Origin: Alloascoidea hylecoeti
Taxonomy: Eukaryota
Assembly (NCBI GenBank): GCA_001600815.1
Contig: BCKZ01000002.1
Coordinates: 496,001-560,000 of the forward strand
DNA length: 64,000 bases
Direction of reading: 5' to 3'
Below the pieces are notes generated by a model. That model was not told the origin of the DNA and did no database searches. It was given only the letters and a program-made list of their open reading frames with translations. The translations under genes and the position numbers were made by a program. Positions 23,165-36,749 of the stretch are shown here, in pieces; within the stretch, counting starts at the first letter, position 1, and the number at the start of each line of letters is the position of its first letter.

Positions 23165-23718
23165 ATGGTCAAAGCTGGTATGTTCCACTCAATCTTCTTC
23201 AGAGTCCGGGTCTGCCAATAACTAATCCTGTTTGTTTCAATTCTATAGTAGCACTATTGCGCGGTGACTCCACGGTTTCCGGCGTAGTTTCCTTTACTCA
23301 GGACCACATCGATTCCCCCACAATAATATCATGGGATATTTCCGGCAATGACCCAAATGTTCTGAGAGGCTTCCACATTCACGAATACGGGGATAACACA
23401 AACGGATGCACCTCCGCTGGTCCACATTTCAATCCGTTTGGTAAAAATCACGGAGGTCCTTTGCAGGACGAGAGACATGCAGGAGATCTTGGTAATATTG
23501 AAACTGATGCTAACGGTGTTGCAAAGGGCTCCAAGACCGACCACTTGGTTAAACTATTTGGCTCCACGAGTATATTGGGAAGAACTATAGTCGTGCATTC
23601 GGATATCGATGATTTGGGCAAAGGTGGTCATCCTGATTCCTTGAAGACTGGGAACGCTGGAACAAGATCTGCTTGTGGTGTAATTGGAATATCTCTACCA
23701 CAAGATGGGAAGCTTTAG
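23165..23718 (+). CDS. SOD1: Cu/Zn superoxide dismutase; exons 23165-23177 and 23249-23718; C-terminal extension ending GKL
   Basis: Reads [12 protein letters not shown]. Metal-ligand motifs [38 protein letters not shown] and [13 protein letters not shown]. Intron GTATGT...ACTAAT...TAG. Confidence 0.96.
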
Positions 23719-24297
23719 ATTATATGCATATGTATGGAAATTGAACACTGTTTATTTATATAGTTAGCCCTTTTATTACCTACTTGACTTTGAATGATAG
23801 GAATTGAATACTTGGCTTGAAATATAAAAAGTCAGTTTGTTTTTATCTTCACAAACGAATTATAATGTAAATCTGCTCGAACTGTTTATTTTCCCATCCA
23901 ACCAGCTTGCACAGCTATTAGTTAGTCAAATGCGATTTAATTGTCTATTTTGCAATTGCTTTACAATTGGTCCTATGGCCCATATATCCAAGTGTATTCC
24001 TGGTGTATTGTATTTAATTTAATGGTATATATATACACATCTAGATATTAGTAATTACATATCCAGTGTTTTTATTGTGAGAAAATTTTGAGCGTAGAAG
24101 TCTAATTTCTAAATGTTTGATTAAAAATGCACAATAATATACAAAGCATACTAAACTATAACTATTCATTCACAATAGAATACAAATATTGGTGATTAAT
24201 ATATTAATCAATAGTATTAATAGTAATATTTAAACAATTATTTCCGAGCTTAAATTTAAGACAATTTTATAGTGTTCTTTTAAGTGTTCTTTTTTAT

Positions 24298-26022
24298 TTA
24301 AAAATCACTATTTGCTGAACCATTTATAGTGGTCTTTAAAACATCATCCAAAATTCCTGCAGAAGCAGCAAGTAATCCCAAGAATGGTTGAGATGGTCCT
24401 AAAACCTTAGATAAATATTCTGGATGGTATTGAGTACCAACATAATAAGGATGATCCTTCAACTCAAAGATTTCCATACGTTCGCCCTTTTCATCTTTAC
24501 CGACAAAGTGCAATCCTTTCTCTTCTAAAGCATCAACTAACTCAGGATTAACTTCATATCTGTGACGATGTCTTTCATGCACCTCGGAAACATTTCCATA
24601 CAATTGACGGATTTTACTCCATTCACTACCTTTTTGGAAAACTGTAGGTCTTATTCCTAGTCTCATTGTACCACCAAGTTTTTCCCTATCGATTTCAGGC
24701 ATGTAAACAATAGTAGCAGGATTTGCTGCTTCATCAAATTCAGCAGAAGTAGCATTCTTCATCCCACAGACATTGCGAGCAAATTCTGTGACTGCAATTT
24801 GTAACCCAAGACAAACTCCCAAGTATGGAATTTTATTTTCTCTTGCCCAATTGGCTGCTGCGATCATACCTTCAATTCCTCTAGATCCAAACCCACCAGG
24901 TACTAAAACACCATTCGCTGAACAAACAGAATGCCAAGCTTGATGAAATTTGACTTTATTGGCTACAGATGCTTCTTGTTCCAAGTCGCTTGCTTCAACC
25001 CAAACAATATTTAACAACTTTTTGCAATTCAAGGCAGAATGTTCCAAAGATTTAACAACTGATAAATAACTATCATGCAAATGTGTATATTTACCAACGA
25101 GAGCAATAGTAACAGTGTCATGGCTTCTATCATGACTAGTAGTCAAATCAGTCCATCTTCTTAATAATGATGCACCAGCATCAATCCTGTCCCGTGAAAG
25201 AATAATTTCATTCAATTTCAATCTTTTGGTTAAAAACTCAATTTCACTTTGTTGTTTCAACAATAAAGGAACGTGATATGTAGAAGAAACATTATGAACA
25301 GTAATGACTTGATCTCCTCCAACATGACAAAACATTGATATTTTATCAATTGTTGGTTGATCCAACACAACCTCACATCTGCAAGCAATCATGTCAGGTG
25401 TTAAACCAAGAGATCTCAAGTCTTTAATAGCAGCTTGTGTTGGTTTAGTCTTTTGTTCACCTTGAATTACGGGAACTAAAGAAACATGAATCAATGCAAA
25501 ATTATCACGACCAATACGGAATTGAAATTGTCTTAGGGCCTCAACAAACGGAGCGCTTTCTATATCACCAACGGTACCACCCAATTCAATGATACAAACA
25601 TCAGGCTCAAGACCAGAATCATCAACAGGAATTTTCGAGACGCGTTCGATCCAATCTTGAATAGCATTGGTGATATGAGGAACAACCTGGACCGTTTTAC
25701 CCAAATAATCACCTTTTCTTTCCCTTTGAATAACGTGTGAGTAGATCTTACCTGTTGTGATATTATGATCATGTGTCAGTGTGATGTTCAAGTATCTTTC
25801 ATAATTACCTAGATCAAGATCTACTTCACCTCCATCGTCCAAAACAAAGACTTCACCGTGCTCCAAAGGACTCATAGTACCAGCATCGATATTCATATAA
25901 GGATCAATTTTAATAGATGTAACTCTTAGACCGATAGTTTTTAATAATAAACCGGTGGAAGAGGCTATAACACCTTTCCCAATTCCTGAAATAACACCAC
26001 CAGATACAACAACGTATTTCAT
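24298..26022 (-). CDS. URA7: CTP synthase
   Basis: [51 protein letters not shown] and QYHPE motifs. Confidence 0.97.
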   Translation of the reverse strand: MKYVVVSGGVISGIGKGVIASSTGLLLKTIGLRVTSIKIDPYMNIDAGTMSPLEHGEVFVLDDGGEVDLDLGNYERYLNITLTHDHNITTGKIYSHVIQRERKGDYLGKTVQVVPHITNAIQDWIERVSKIPVDDSGLEPDVCIIELGGTVGDIESAPFVEALRQFQFRIGRDNFALIHVSLVPVIQGEQKTKPTQAAIKDLRSLGLTPDMIACRCEVVLDQPTIDKISMFCHVGGDQVITVHNVSSTYHVPLLLKQQSEIEFLTKRLKLNEIILSRDRIDAGASLLRRWTDLTTSHDRSHDTVTIALVGKYTHLHDSYLSVVKSLEHSALNCKKLLNIVWVEASDLEQEASVANKVKFHQAWHSVCSANGVLVPGGFGSRGIEGMIAAANWARENKIPYLGVCLGLQIAVTEFARNVCGMKNATSAEFDEAANPATIVYMPEIDREKLGGTMRLGIRPTVFQKGSEWSKIRQLYGNVSEVHERHRHRYEVNPELVDALEEKGLHFVGKDEKGERMEIFELKDHPYYVGTQYHPEYLSKVLGPSQPFLGLLAASAGILDDVLKTTINGSANSDF

Positions 26023-26321
26023 TTTTTTATGATTTAACAAGTGATTTCCAAAAGATGACCAAAATTTGCTAGACCTTTTCTATAGAAAGAGGATGATAAC
26101 AATTATATAAATATGAAAAATGACAAAGTGCTCCCGAAAGATTTCGAAACAAAAAGTTCAGGCTCAAACGGGGGAAGAGCAAAAGAAAAACAGGAAAATT
26201 TTTGCTGAAATATATTTCAGATCCCTGCGCATGATTAGAACGGACGTATGGGTGTATCGAACACCACCATCTTAAACCTTCAAATATCAAAACCTTCTAA
26301 ATATTTACAATTTATTTTATA

Positions 26322-27498
26322 ATGAGTGAGGAAAATGACCTCAAAACCCAATGTAGGGAATTATTACAATCTCAGAACTTACTAAATCATAAATTTGGTA
26401 TTCCTAAGGTCCCCAGTGGTTCAGAATATGATATAATTTTACAACATGAAAAGAAATTCTTAAATGATTATCGTCAATTAAATGTTAAAGCTAAACAATT
26501 AACTATTCTCGAAGAAACTTCAAATGATAATTTAGATATTCAATATGAACGCATCAAAGATGCTAACAGTATATATAAACTACACGATTTAACTATTAAT
26601 CATGAAACAACCGATGAATTAGAAGATACATTTGAAAGTAAGGAGAATTTGGTTAAATATTTAGATAATATGTTTGAAGTTCGAACTTTGACATTTGAAA
26701 CGTATGCTTTTTATTCACTTTGATGATTTTTGAGAATTTTTACTAACTATCAAATAGAACGATTGCTACTTTATCACTTCTTAAAGCTGTTTATCAAAAG
26801 AAAGGAGTTACAATGAGGGAGAAGTATGTTTATAAGATTCTAAACAATAATGAAGATGAATTAACTAATCTGTCTACTTTTATTTTATTTAATTGATTAG
26901 CTCACTTCTTCAATCCCTTAAAATTCGTGACGATTTGGCAATAAAACTCCTACAACTTACCCAAGGCCCAATCAAAGAAAAATATAAACAATTAACATTA
27001 TTAATTGAACATAATTCATCAATGATTAAAGAAAACAAGGCCAAAACACAAGAATTATTGAAAAAGCTAGGGTCTACAAAATCAAAACAAGATAAGGCTT
27101 TTGTTGCTCCCAAAAAGGGATCGGAAAACGAATCAAATAGAAAGAAATATACTAAAAAGATTACATATGCTCAAAAGTATGTGGTTTCTTATCCCCTTTT
27201 AAATTGGTATTGTAACTAATTTTTCTTTTTTTCTATTCTTAGGGCAAAGCAACAATATACTTGGAATAAGTTACGAAATTCAATTCTAGGTGAATTGATC
27301 TTAGTATGTATTCCTGATGCTAATTTCATATAAATCATTTGCTAATTATTGTATATAAAGGCATTAGTAGTAGCTTCTGGTTTGAACTGGGCTGAGGATG
27401 ATAAGCTTCGACAAATTGTTTTGTTTTGTCAGGATTATGATGATGAAGAGGAAGATGAGGACGGAGTTTTTGGAGCACTGGAGAGCATTAAGATGTAA
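26322..27498 (+). CDS. CENP-H/Fta3/Mcm16-like kinetochore protein, 5 exons: 26322-26701, 26758-26823, 26901-27176, 27243-27303, 27361-27498
   Basis: Four introns (GTATGC/GTATGT donors, CTAAY branch points) join in one frame. The protein is coiled-coil with SL-IRDDLA and a C-terminal ALVVASGLNWAEDDKLRQIVL matching the CENP-H SG-[DN]WA-D--L--IV signature. Confidence 0.75.
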
Positions 27499-28605
27499 GA
27501 TATCTTTGTATAATTTGCATCTTTTGTATAGATTATAGCGATTATTTAGACTATGGGGGTTTCGATTATCTTATTAATACTAATTTTAAACGTTGAACTA
27601 TTACGCCAAAACAAATTATTAAATCAACCACCAACATCACCAAAAAATATGAATTCACTAAATATTTTGTATGGATAAACTACTTATCCTAATAGATTCT
27701 CCTGATAAATTTCTATGCGTTCTTCGTTTTCAATTCAAAGTTGGAGTTTCTTCTTTTTTACCCATGACGTTAATTCTTCAACTAATCTACTAAACTATAA
27801 AGCAGTTTTTTGTCGGCCGTCACCCCCATTTTTGCATGCGATAGTAAAATAGCGAGTTACTTAGTCAATTCTCTTGGGCATCAATTGAAGTTTGGAAGGC
27901 TTATTTAGCTGTTGATGTGGATTTGCCCACCAATGGTACAATTTTAGAGTGTTGAATGGGCCAACCCACGCCATACATGGAAATTTATTTAATCGATTAT
28001 GTTCAGCTCAAAGCAACTTTTTGCTATGGCTGTCTCTTGATTTTTCGTTGGTGGTTATGTAGCGGTGGAAAAGAAAACGAGGCAGACAATTTCTTTGGGG
28101 TAGTCGATTACAATAGTTTCAGCTTTTACAACTGTTTTGTTTATAACTACGAGCTTGCAATTGCAATAACATTAAAAATTTTATACCATTTACTACTTCG
28201 ATTTCTATTAATTTACTATCATCACAATATTTAATGTTAATACTAATATACTATTACAATTATTAATCAAGTAAACTGATAAATAAAATTAAAATTAATA
28301 CAATTGAAAAAAAAATTTAAAAGAGAATAAAAAGTTATAATAGAAAATATAAACAAATAAGGTACCGGTGGGGTTAAGGAAAATAAGATAAGATAAAAGC
28401 TAATTATTATAAGATAAAAAAAAAAAAATTAAAAAAGAATGCAGATTTTTTTTTTTTTTTTTTTCCAGTTTATAGATTACAATATACATATATCATTATA
28501 ATTAATATGAATAATTATTAATTAACAATAATTTTTGTTGTTGTTGTTGTTGTTTGTTAATTTTTTAATTCTCTAAATGATCACATGTCATGAAATTAAA
28601 AAGTT

Positions 28606-31600
28606 TTATTTAAGTAATACTTGCTTTTTATTATTATGATCAGGAGCACCAGTACCTTCCATAACAACTTGTTGAACATGTTCTTTTTGCATTGCACGAT
28701 CCCGCATTCTTTCTTCAATAGTTCCTTTAACCAATAATCTATAAACAGTAACTTGTTTCTTTTGTCCTAATCTATGTGCACGATCCATTGCTTGACTATC
28801 AATTGTTGGATTCCAATCAGAATCATAAAAAACAACTGTATCCGCAGCAGTTAAATTAATACCTAAACCACCAGCACGGGTTGATAATAAAAATACAAAT
28901 AATTCAGGTTTTGTTTGCCAATCACTAACTAAATCTCTTCGATCTGATAATTTTGATGAACCATCAAGTCTTATATATTTATATTGGCGATAAGTTAAAA
29001 ATTCTTCCATTAAATCCATCATTTTTGTCATTTGAAAATAAATTAAAACTCGATGATCATTTGTTTTTAATTCTTGTAATAAATGATCTAATTTTGATAA
29101 TTTTCCAGAACTTGTTACAAATCTATTCATTGATGGAATTCGAATAGTTGAATAACCAGTACGTTTATTAATTGATAATGGTAATAAATTTGAATGTGGA
29201 AATTCATTTAATGGAATTTTCTTTTGAATTAAATCCCATTCTTGATTTAATGTCATTGGATATAATGAATTTGTAAATGATTTATTAAAAAGATTTGATT
29301 CTTGATCATTATAAAAACCAATATTTGAACAATCCATTTGAATTATTGGTGCAATTACTCTTGATTCAGCTGCAGGTTCCATAACTTGTAAAAACATTTC
29401 TTCATAAACTTTTGTTTTAATCGATGTTAATTCTTTCATTATACCTTCATTTGTAACAAATGAATTAAAATTATCATTTAAATCAGTTATTAATAATTTT
29501 TTATTATCTTGTTCATGTTCATTTTCATAAATAATTTTAAAATTATTAATTGTATCAGTATAACGTTGTTTTTCTAAAGCTCTTTCAAATAAACCATTTT
29601 TTGCAATTTTTGAAATACTTGAAGGATTTAAATCAATAAATTTTAACCATGTAAAACAATTATTTTTATCCATTTGATTTTTAATATAATTTGGATTCCA
29701 AATATTTAATAAATTATTTTCAAATTTTTTCTGAATTGTTTGATTATTATTAAAATTTGGTTTAAAACTTTTATAAATTAATTTTGGTAATTTAAAATTA
29801 ATTGGATTTTTTGAACTATAATATAAATTTAATAAACCACGTTCACGTAAAAAACTTGAAGTTTCTGCAAAATTTGTCATTGAAAATGCAGATTTTGTAT
29901 CAGCTCTTTCAAATAAATCAGGATGATTACAAACTTTTCTAAATTGCATTACTAAATTCATTAAAGTTTCATCACCAGTTCCATTATCATTTGAAGAACT
30001 TATAGGTTTACCAGTATTTGTTGATGATGATGAAGAAACTTTTTCCATTAAATCAAATGCCATTGATGGAGATATTTGAGATTCTAAACTTTTATACATT
30101 TTCTTTTGTCTTGTTGTTAAATCACAATAAACATCAATTTCAATTTTATCACCTAATTCAGATTGAACATCTTTTTTAATACGTCTTAACATGAAAGGTT
30201 TTAAAATAACATGCAATCTTCTTAATTGTTGTTCATTTAATTGAGTATTTGATTGAGCATGACTTTCAATATCTTTTGAAAACCATTCACTAAATTCATC
30301 ATGAGAATCAAATAATGAAGGCATTATAAAATGTAATAAAGCCCATAATTCTTGCATTGAATTTTGAATTGGAGTACCAGTTAATAATAAACGATTTCTA
30401 CATTGGAAACCTAATAAACATTTCCATCTTGAAGATTGTGAAGATTTAATTGCTTGAGCTTCATCAAGAATCATATATTGCCATTTAATACGACTTAAAT
30501 ATTGTGCATCAGTAACAACCAAATTATATGATGTTATTAAAACATGAAAAGGAGAATCTTTTGTATAAGTAACTTGTTTTCTATCCCAAAATTTTCTTAA
30601 AACTTTTCTTTCTGAACCATTCCCCCAATATGGTAAAACTTTAAATTGTGGAACAAATTTTGAAATTTCTTGTTCCCAATTATGTAAAGTTGATGATGGA
30701 GAAACTACTAAAAATGGACCCCAAATATTATATTTTTCTGCAAGATAGGCTAAAACGGAAATTGATTGTACAGTTTTACCAAGACCCATTTCATCAGCTA
30801 ATATACCATTAATACCTTGTTCATATAGATTTGCTAACCAATTTAAACCTTTTAATTGATAACCTTTTAATTGACAAGTTAATAAACCAGGTTGTGATAT
30901 TTGTAAATCACCTAATGACGTTGGATTTTGGAAATTCATTTCATCATCTTCATCATCATCATCATCTTCTTCTTCTTCTTCTTCTTCTTCTTCTTCATCT
31001 GGTAAAGTACCATTAAAAGTTTGAGCTCTTGCTCTTGTATTTTCAATAGCAGTTTTTGCATTTGCAGCAGCAGCTTTTTTCAATGATAAATCATCAGCAT
31101 TATCAAAATCTAAATCAGAAATATTATGATTTGCGGCATTTTCATTTAAAACATCAAAATGTTCATCTTCTTCATTACCATTTTGTTCAGATTGAATTTT
31201 TTTACCAATAAAATGAGAATATAATTCAGTTTGGGTAATTAAGAAATTTAATTTACGAGATTGTCTTTTTGCTTCACGTTGTTCTTCTTCTTTTTTTGCT
31301 TTTTCAACAGCTTCTTTTTCAGCTTTTCTTCTTGAATCACGTTCTTCTCTTTCATTTTTACGCCAAAAAGTTAACATTTCTCTCATTGCTCTACGAGCTC
31401 TTGATTGAACATCTTTAATATTTTTATTTGTTTTTAATTGCCATTTACGAGCTTCTCTAGCAGCTAACATTGCAGTTTTTCTTGCATTACTTTGACGTAC
31501 AGAAGATAAAGATTGTAACATTTTATGAAGTCTTGAGGCATCTTTTCTAGCCATATCTTTCCATATTGAATCATAAGTATTATGATATAATCTTGCAATT

Positions 31601-32683
31601 GCTTTAATTTCTTTTTGGGATTGAGTTTTAATTGGTTTTATAACTAATTTAACAGGTTTTTTTTCTAAATTTTCTTTTGAAGTTGTTGATTTTCTTTTTG
31701 ATTTATTATTCATAAAAGTTTGTGCACCTGCTTCAGCTTCAATTCTAAGACTATCAATTATTGAAATGCCATTGTTGTTAGCAATTAATTTATCTTCTTC
31801 ATGAATAAATTCTAAAGTATTTTCTTCTTCGTTTTCGTTTTCATTTTCATTGTCATTGTCATTATCATTTTCATCATCATCATCATCATCATCTTCGTCA
31901 TCAGAATCGGTATCCATATCAATATCCATATCAATATTATCATCATTATCATTTATTGAAGTCGAAGACTGAGCAATGATATTTTCAACCAATTTAGCAG
32001 CAGTCAAATTAGTTGCATGTCTTTCAGCATCCGCAGCATCTTTTGCTTGTTGTCTTTTCAATCTTTGAGCTCTTTTTAGTAATCGCTTACGATGTAATTC
32101 ATCTCTCTTTTCACGTTGTACAACTTTTTCCATAGCCTGAGGATGCAACAGTTTACTTGAAAATTGCTGCATTATTTCATTTTTAACTTGATATAAGGAG
32201 AGACAACGCAAGTAATAGTTTTCTCTATTTTTGCGTCTCTGCTGTTCTTCCAAGTTTGAAATTTTGGAAATACGGGAAGAGGAGGATGATTTGAAAAGAG
32301 ATTTTTCACGGGCATACTGCGGGGAGTTGGCCATGGACAGGGCACGTGAGTGGCGGGAGATGGGGAGGGTAGGGTCAAAGGACAGGTCTCCGTCCGCCGT
32401 TCCGATTTCATTCTTGGTGGCAGACAGTTCCGCGTCGTTGTCAGACAGCGAGACGGCGCCGGGGGTGGTGTTTGGAGGATGGGACCGAGGATGGGACGGC
32501 GAACGTGGGCGTGGATGCTGCTGGGGGGAGAAGGACGGGTCAATGTTGGAGGGCAGTGGCGCAGCCAGGAGGGCCGAGATGGCCATGGACTCAGGACGCT
32601 ACAAAGATAGGTTAGACGGGAGGTGGTAGACAGCAGCAGGAGCGGGGGGGTACCTTAGTGAAGTTGGCCTGGGACATGGGCAT
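28606..32683 (-). CDS. INO80: INO80 chromatin-remodelling ATPase; probable extra 5' exon 32683-32654 spliced to 32598
   Basis: DBINO/HSA region ([20 protein letters not shown]), [19 protein letters not shown], a split helicase with a long insertion and [11 protein letters not shown]. The upstream exon [10 protein letters not shown] joins via a 55-nt intron (GTACCC...TCTAAC...TAG) in frame to [11 protein letters not shown]. Confidence 0.95.
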
Positions 32684-32928
32684 GGGGTGTTGCGTTGGTT
32701 GCGTGGAATGGGATGGAGGGAGGAGGGAGGAGTGGACGACGGCAAGCAAAAGGTAAAAAAAGGGTTCGCCAGCAGCCAACCAAATCCATTTCTGCCTGCT
32801 GCTTGCGCTTAAATCGCAGCTGCCGTTTTGGCGTTGTTGTTTGGGAGTTACCCTGCCGCGCGCGGGGTTACCCTCCCTCCTCCTTTTGCTGAGCAGTTTG
32901 AAGTTTCCACAATCTGAGTCCCGAAGCA

Positions 32929-34249
32929 ATGGCGACGCACACCAACCAACAGCCTCAGCCCCAGGCCCTGCCCCTGCCCCTCCCGCAGCCCCTGCCCGTC
33001 TCCCTGCCCGTCTCCCAGCAGCCCGCGCAGCCCGCGCCCCCGCCCGCACAGGACCCGCCCGCGCCCCAGCAGCCGCACCCTCTGCCCGCACAAGGGGCCG
33101 CCGTGGTCAGCGACACCTGTGCGCGCAACAGCAAGCAGCTGCTCCACGCCTATCTCTACGACTACCTCCTGAGGAACAAGCTGTACGACTCGGCCCGGGT
33201 CTTTGCTCGCGAGGCTGACATCCCCAAAATCTCCGTCGGGCCTGGAGCCCCAGGTCCCATACCCACCAACGACCTGGACCTGCCGGACGACCTGATGCGC
33301 GTGAAGATGGTCATGAGCTCCCCCCAGTCCTTCCTGTACGAGTGGTGGCAGATCTTCTGGGACGTCCAGAGGGCGCGCGGCGGGGGGAAAGGGGGGTCCA
33401 ACCTGGCCCATCAGTACCTGGCCATCAACCACAGCAACAGAACCCCCAATATGAACATGAGCTTGAACATGAACATGAATATGAATATGAAGAGGCCTCT
33501 GAACATGACGGCTCAGAGCCAGTTTGAAGCCATGAAACAGCAGCAGTTCCGTTACGAACAGCAGAAAAGACAGAGAACTGCGCCAGGTCAGCCCATGGGC
33601 CCCGTGGGCCCCGTGGGCCCCGTAGCCCATGTAGCCCAGCCTATGGGCATGGGTCAGCCCATTTCGGGCCCCCCCCAGCAACATTTGATGCCGCACATGG
33701 CCTATCCCTATGATTTACTCCAACCACAGCAGGGCGGTCCCCAGGTATCTCAGGTGTCCCAGGTCCGTCACCCAATACCTCAGATGCCAAACCAAATCCC
33801 GAACCAAATGCCAGGTGTACCCAACCAAATCATCCCAGGCCATCCTATCCAGGGCCCTATCCAGGGCCCCATCCAAGGCCCATTTTCTGGTCCTCCTACT
33901 AATAAATTAATAATCGATGCCCGTTATAGTAGACCAAGAATGCAATTACAAGCAATGAAAATTCAACAACAACAACAAGCCCGTCAGCAATTACAATTAC
34001 CAAATTCTCCAAATTCTCAATTAAATATGAATATGAATATGAATGGTAATGTTACAACTACTCCTGAAAATTTTAATGCTTTGAAAGATTATCAAACTCA
34101 ATTGGCTTTATTGGAACGACAAAATAAAAGAAGAATAATAACAAGAAATAATGATAATGAATCAAATTTAAACGGTTCAATTTCTCCACAACAACACCAT
34201 CAACAACAATTACAACTACAACAGTGGGAAAATCAACAAAATCAAAATC

Positions 34250-34280
<31 letters not shown>

Positions 34281-34645
34281 GATTATTAATGGTATTCCAA
34301 TTCCAATCCCTCTATCTGCCAATGGTAATGGAAGTCCTATAATACAATCTCCTAGTGCTCAACAAATTGGTCAAATAAATCAATTACAACATAGAACTCC
34401 TTTACTTCAACATCAAATACCTCAAAATTTTAATGGTAATGTTTCTCCAAATAGTATTGTTGCTTCTCCACGAAATATCAAAAGATCACAATCACAATCA
34501 CATTCACAATCACATTCACAAGCTGGTACTCCTGCTCAAGTTCATACTCCTTCGCAATCACAAGCACAATTTATGAAAATTAAAGATGAAAAGGATAGTG
34601 TTTCTCCAACACAACTCCAACAACAACAACAACAACAGCAACAGC

Positions 34646-34677
<32 letters not shown>

Positions 34678-35511
34678 CCAGGTAATATGAGACCTCCATT
34701 ATCAACCGCATCTCCAATAGTATCAACAATGACAAGTGTTAATTTAACAAATACTCCACCATCTTCTTATACACATACTAAATCAAAACCAAATCATGTT
34801 TCACAAGTTGGAAAAATTAAAAAGGATAAAAAAGATAAAAGGAAAAAGAAAACTTCTGTTTCAAAAGGTTCAACACCAAATGGTACAACTGGTTCTGAAT
34901 TACCAACTCCTACATCTCCTGGTAATAACCCCAACTCTAATTCTAATTCAAATGCAACTGGTGATGTTAAAACTGAAAAAATTGGTTCGGATAAAATATC
35001 AAAAAGATCTTTACTATCTCAACCAATTGATAATGATCCAACACCTGATATAGATGATAATAATGGTAATGGAAATACAAATGGAAATAGTAATAGTAAT
35101 GGTAATAATGATCAATTCCCAGAAACTACCACTGAAATGTTTCAAAATGCATCCTCAATTATGCAAGATCATCATTCAAATTCAGATTTCTTAACGGATC
35201 CAATAATATCAAATCATTCACAACAACATTCAACTACAAATACTGCCACAAATTCAAATTCAAATTCAAATAATGATTTAACAAGTACTTTCTTGGATGA
35301 TGATACTTCATTATTTACAAATATATATTCTGATAATATGAATATTAATATGAATATGAATATGAATGGTAATGGTGTTATAAATCCAATGAGTATGGGT
35401 TTAGGTGGTGGAATTGGAATTGGTGGAATGAATTTAGGTAATATGGGTGTTGATGTTGATGAATTTGATTTTAATTCATTTTTAAATACTGATGATACTG
35501 GAACAGTATAA
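32929..35511 (+). CDS. FLO8: LisH/LUFS-domain Q-rich transcriptional regulator (Flo8/Mss11/SomA family)
   Basis: KQLLHAYLYDYLLRNKLYDSARVF (LisH), SFLYEWWQIFWD, NALKDYQTQLALLERQNKRR (SomA/Flo8 motif), poly-Q tracts, ELPTPTSP and a C-terminal FDFNSFL. Confidence 0.8.
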
Positions 35512-35559
35512 CTTTTTAATTTTTTTAATTATTTGATTTTTTTTTTAATAATTTGCAAA

Positions 35560-35900
35560 TTTTTGGTTTTTTGATTTTTGATTCTGAATTTTTAAATTTT
35601 TGATTTGTTAAGCTTAAATTGAATTGATTTTGATTTTGATTTTGATTTTGATTTTGATTTTAATTTTGATTTTAATTTTTAATTTTTAAATTTTAATCTT
35701 ATGTGGTAATTTTATTTTTTTATTTTTTTATAATTTATCTAATATTTATGAAGAAAACATCAATTATTAGATTATTAATTTATGATTTATCTATTTTTTT
35801 TTTTTTTTTGTTTTTTTTTTTTTTTTTATTTTTTTTTTTTTTCATTTTTGTTCTTTTTTTTTTTTTTTTCATTTTTTTTCGCTCATTTTTCACTCATTTT
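35560..35900. repeat. Low-complexity T-rich tract: (GATTTT)n and long poly-T runs
   Basis: Direct reading. Confidence 0.85.
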
Positions 35901-36749
35901 TTGTTCCAATTTACAATTTTTATAATTAATAAGTCATTTCATTTTAATTTTTCACTTCTTACCAATTTTGTGAAAGAAAGAAAGAAAAAGAAAGAAAAAC
36001 ATTAGATGATTTTTATGTTTTGTTTAATTTGATTAACCTAATAAAATGTTCTGAGAATTAATGATAAATCTTTCTAAAAAAATTTCTTTTTGTTAAGGGA
36101 GGGTTAATTATCATATTTCATTGCCAATTATCATTTACAATTTACAACTCAATACTCAATTCTTTTTTTTTTTTTTTTTTTTTATTGATTTCCTTCTTAT
36201 TCACATTCAATTCACCTTATTTAAACCAACGAATCAACTAACTAATGAATGGTACAAAATATAATATAAAAATAACGATATAAAAAATTGTCATTTCAAA
36301 ATTTCAGTTAAACAAATTTTATTCTACCCTCTGTTGTTTTATAACCAGCTTTATATGTTTAAAGTGATTATTTATGTAATTAGTCCTTCATTATCACACA
36401 TTAGATTTTATTTTTGAAAGCTGTGCATATTTTTGAATGATCAATCAATTATTTATGAAACCAAAATTTTAAAGAAAAAATTATCAAATTAAATCAAAAC
36501 AAAACAAATTAAAACAAACTAAAAATTTAATCAACATTAAACAAAATCAAATCAACTTCAACTCTGTATTTCTAATATTAATCATGTAATTATTATCCTT
36601 TTTTTAAAAAAACAGTCTTTTAAATTTTTCAAATTCTCTTTCATACATTGTTTTTTTTTTCTTTTCCCCTTCTACTTATTATTTTTATTATAAGCTTGGC
36701 TTAAGATTCAATTTGTTTATATATATATTCATTTATATATAATTATTAA

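Noticed and set aside
2674..32683. UCH37, PRE7 and INO80 (and PEX14 with SOD1-GKL) as a functional gene cluster
   Set aside because: The genes are far apart and interspersed with unrelated genes, so co-location is probably chance.
32172..33910. Many overlapping and antisense ORFs (e.g. 32848-33696 minus, 32612-33091 minus)
   Set aside because: They are a by-product of stop-codon scarcity in the GC island and shadow INO80 and FLO8.
35703..36005. Poly-Phe ORF
   Set aside because: It is a translation of poly-T low complexity.
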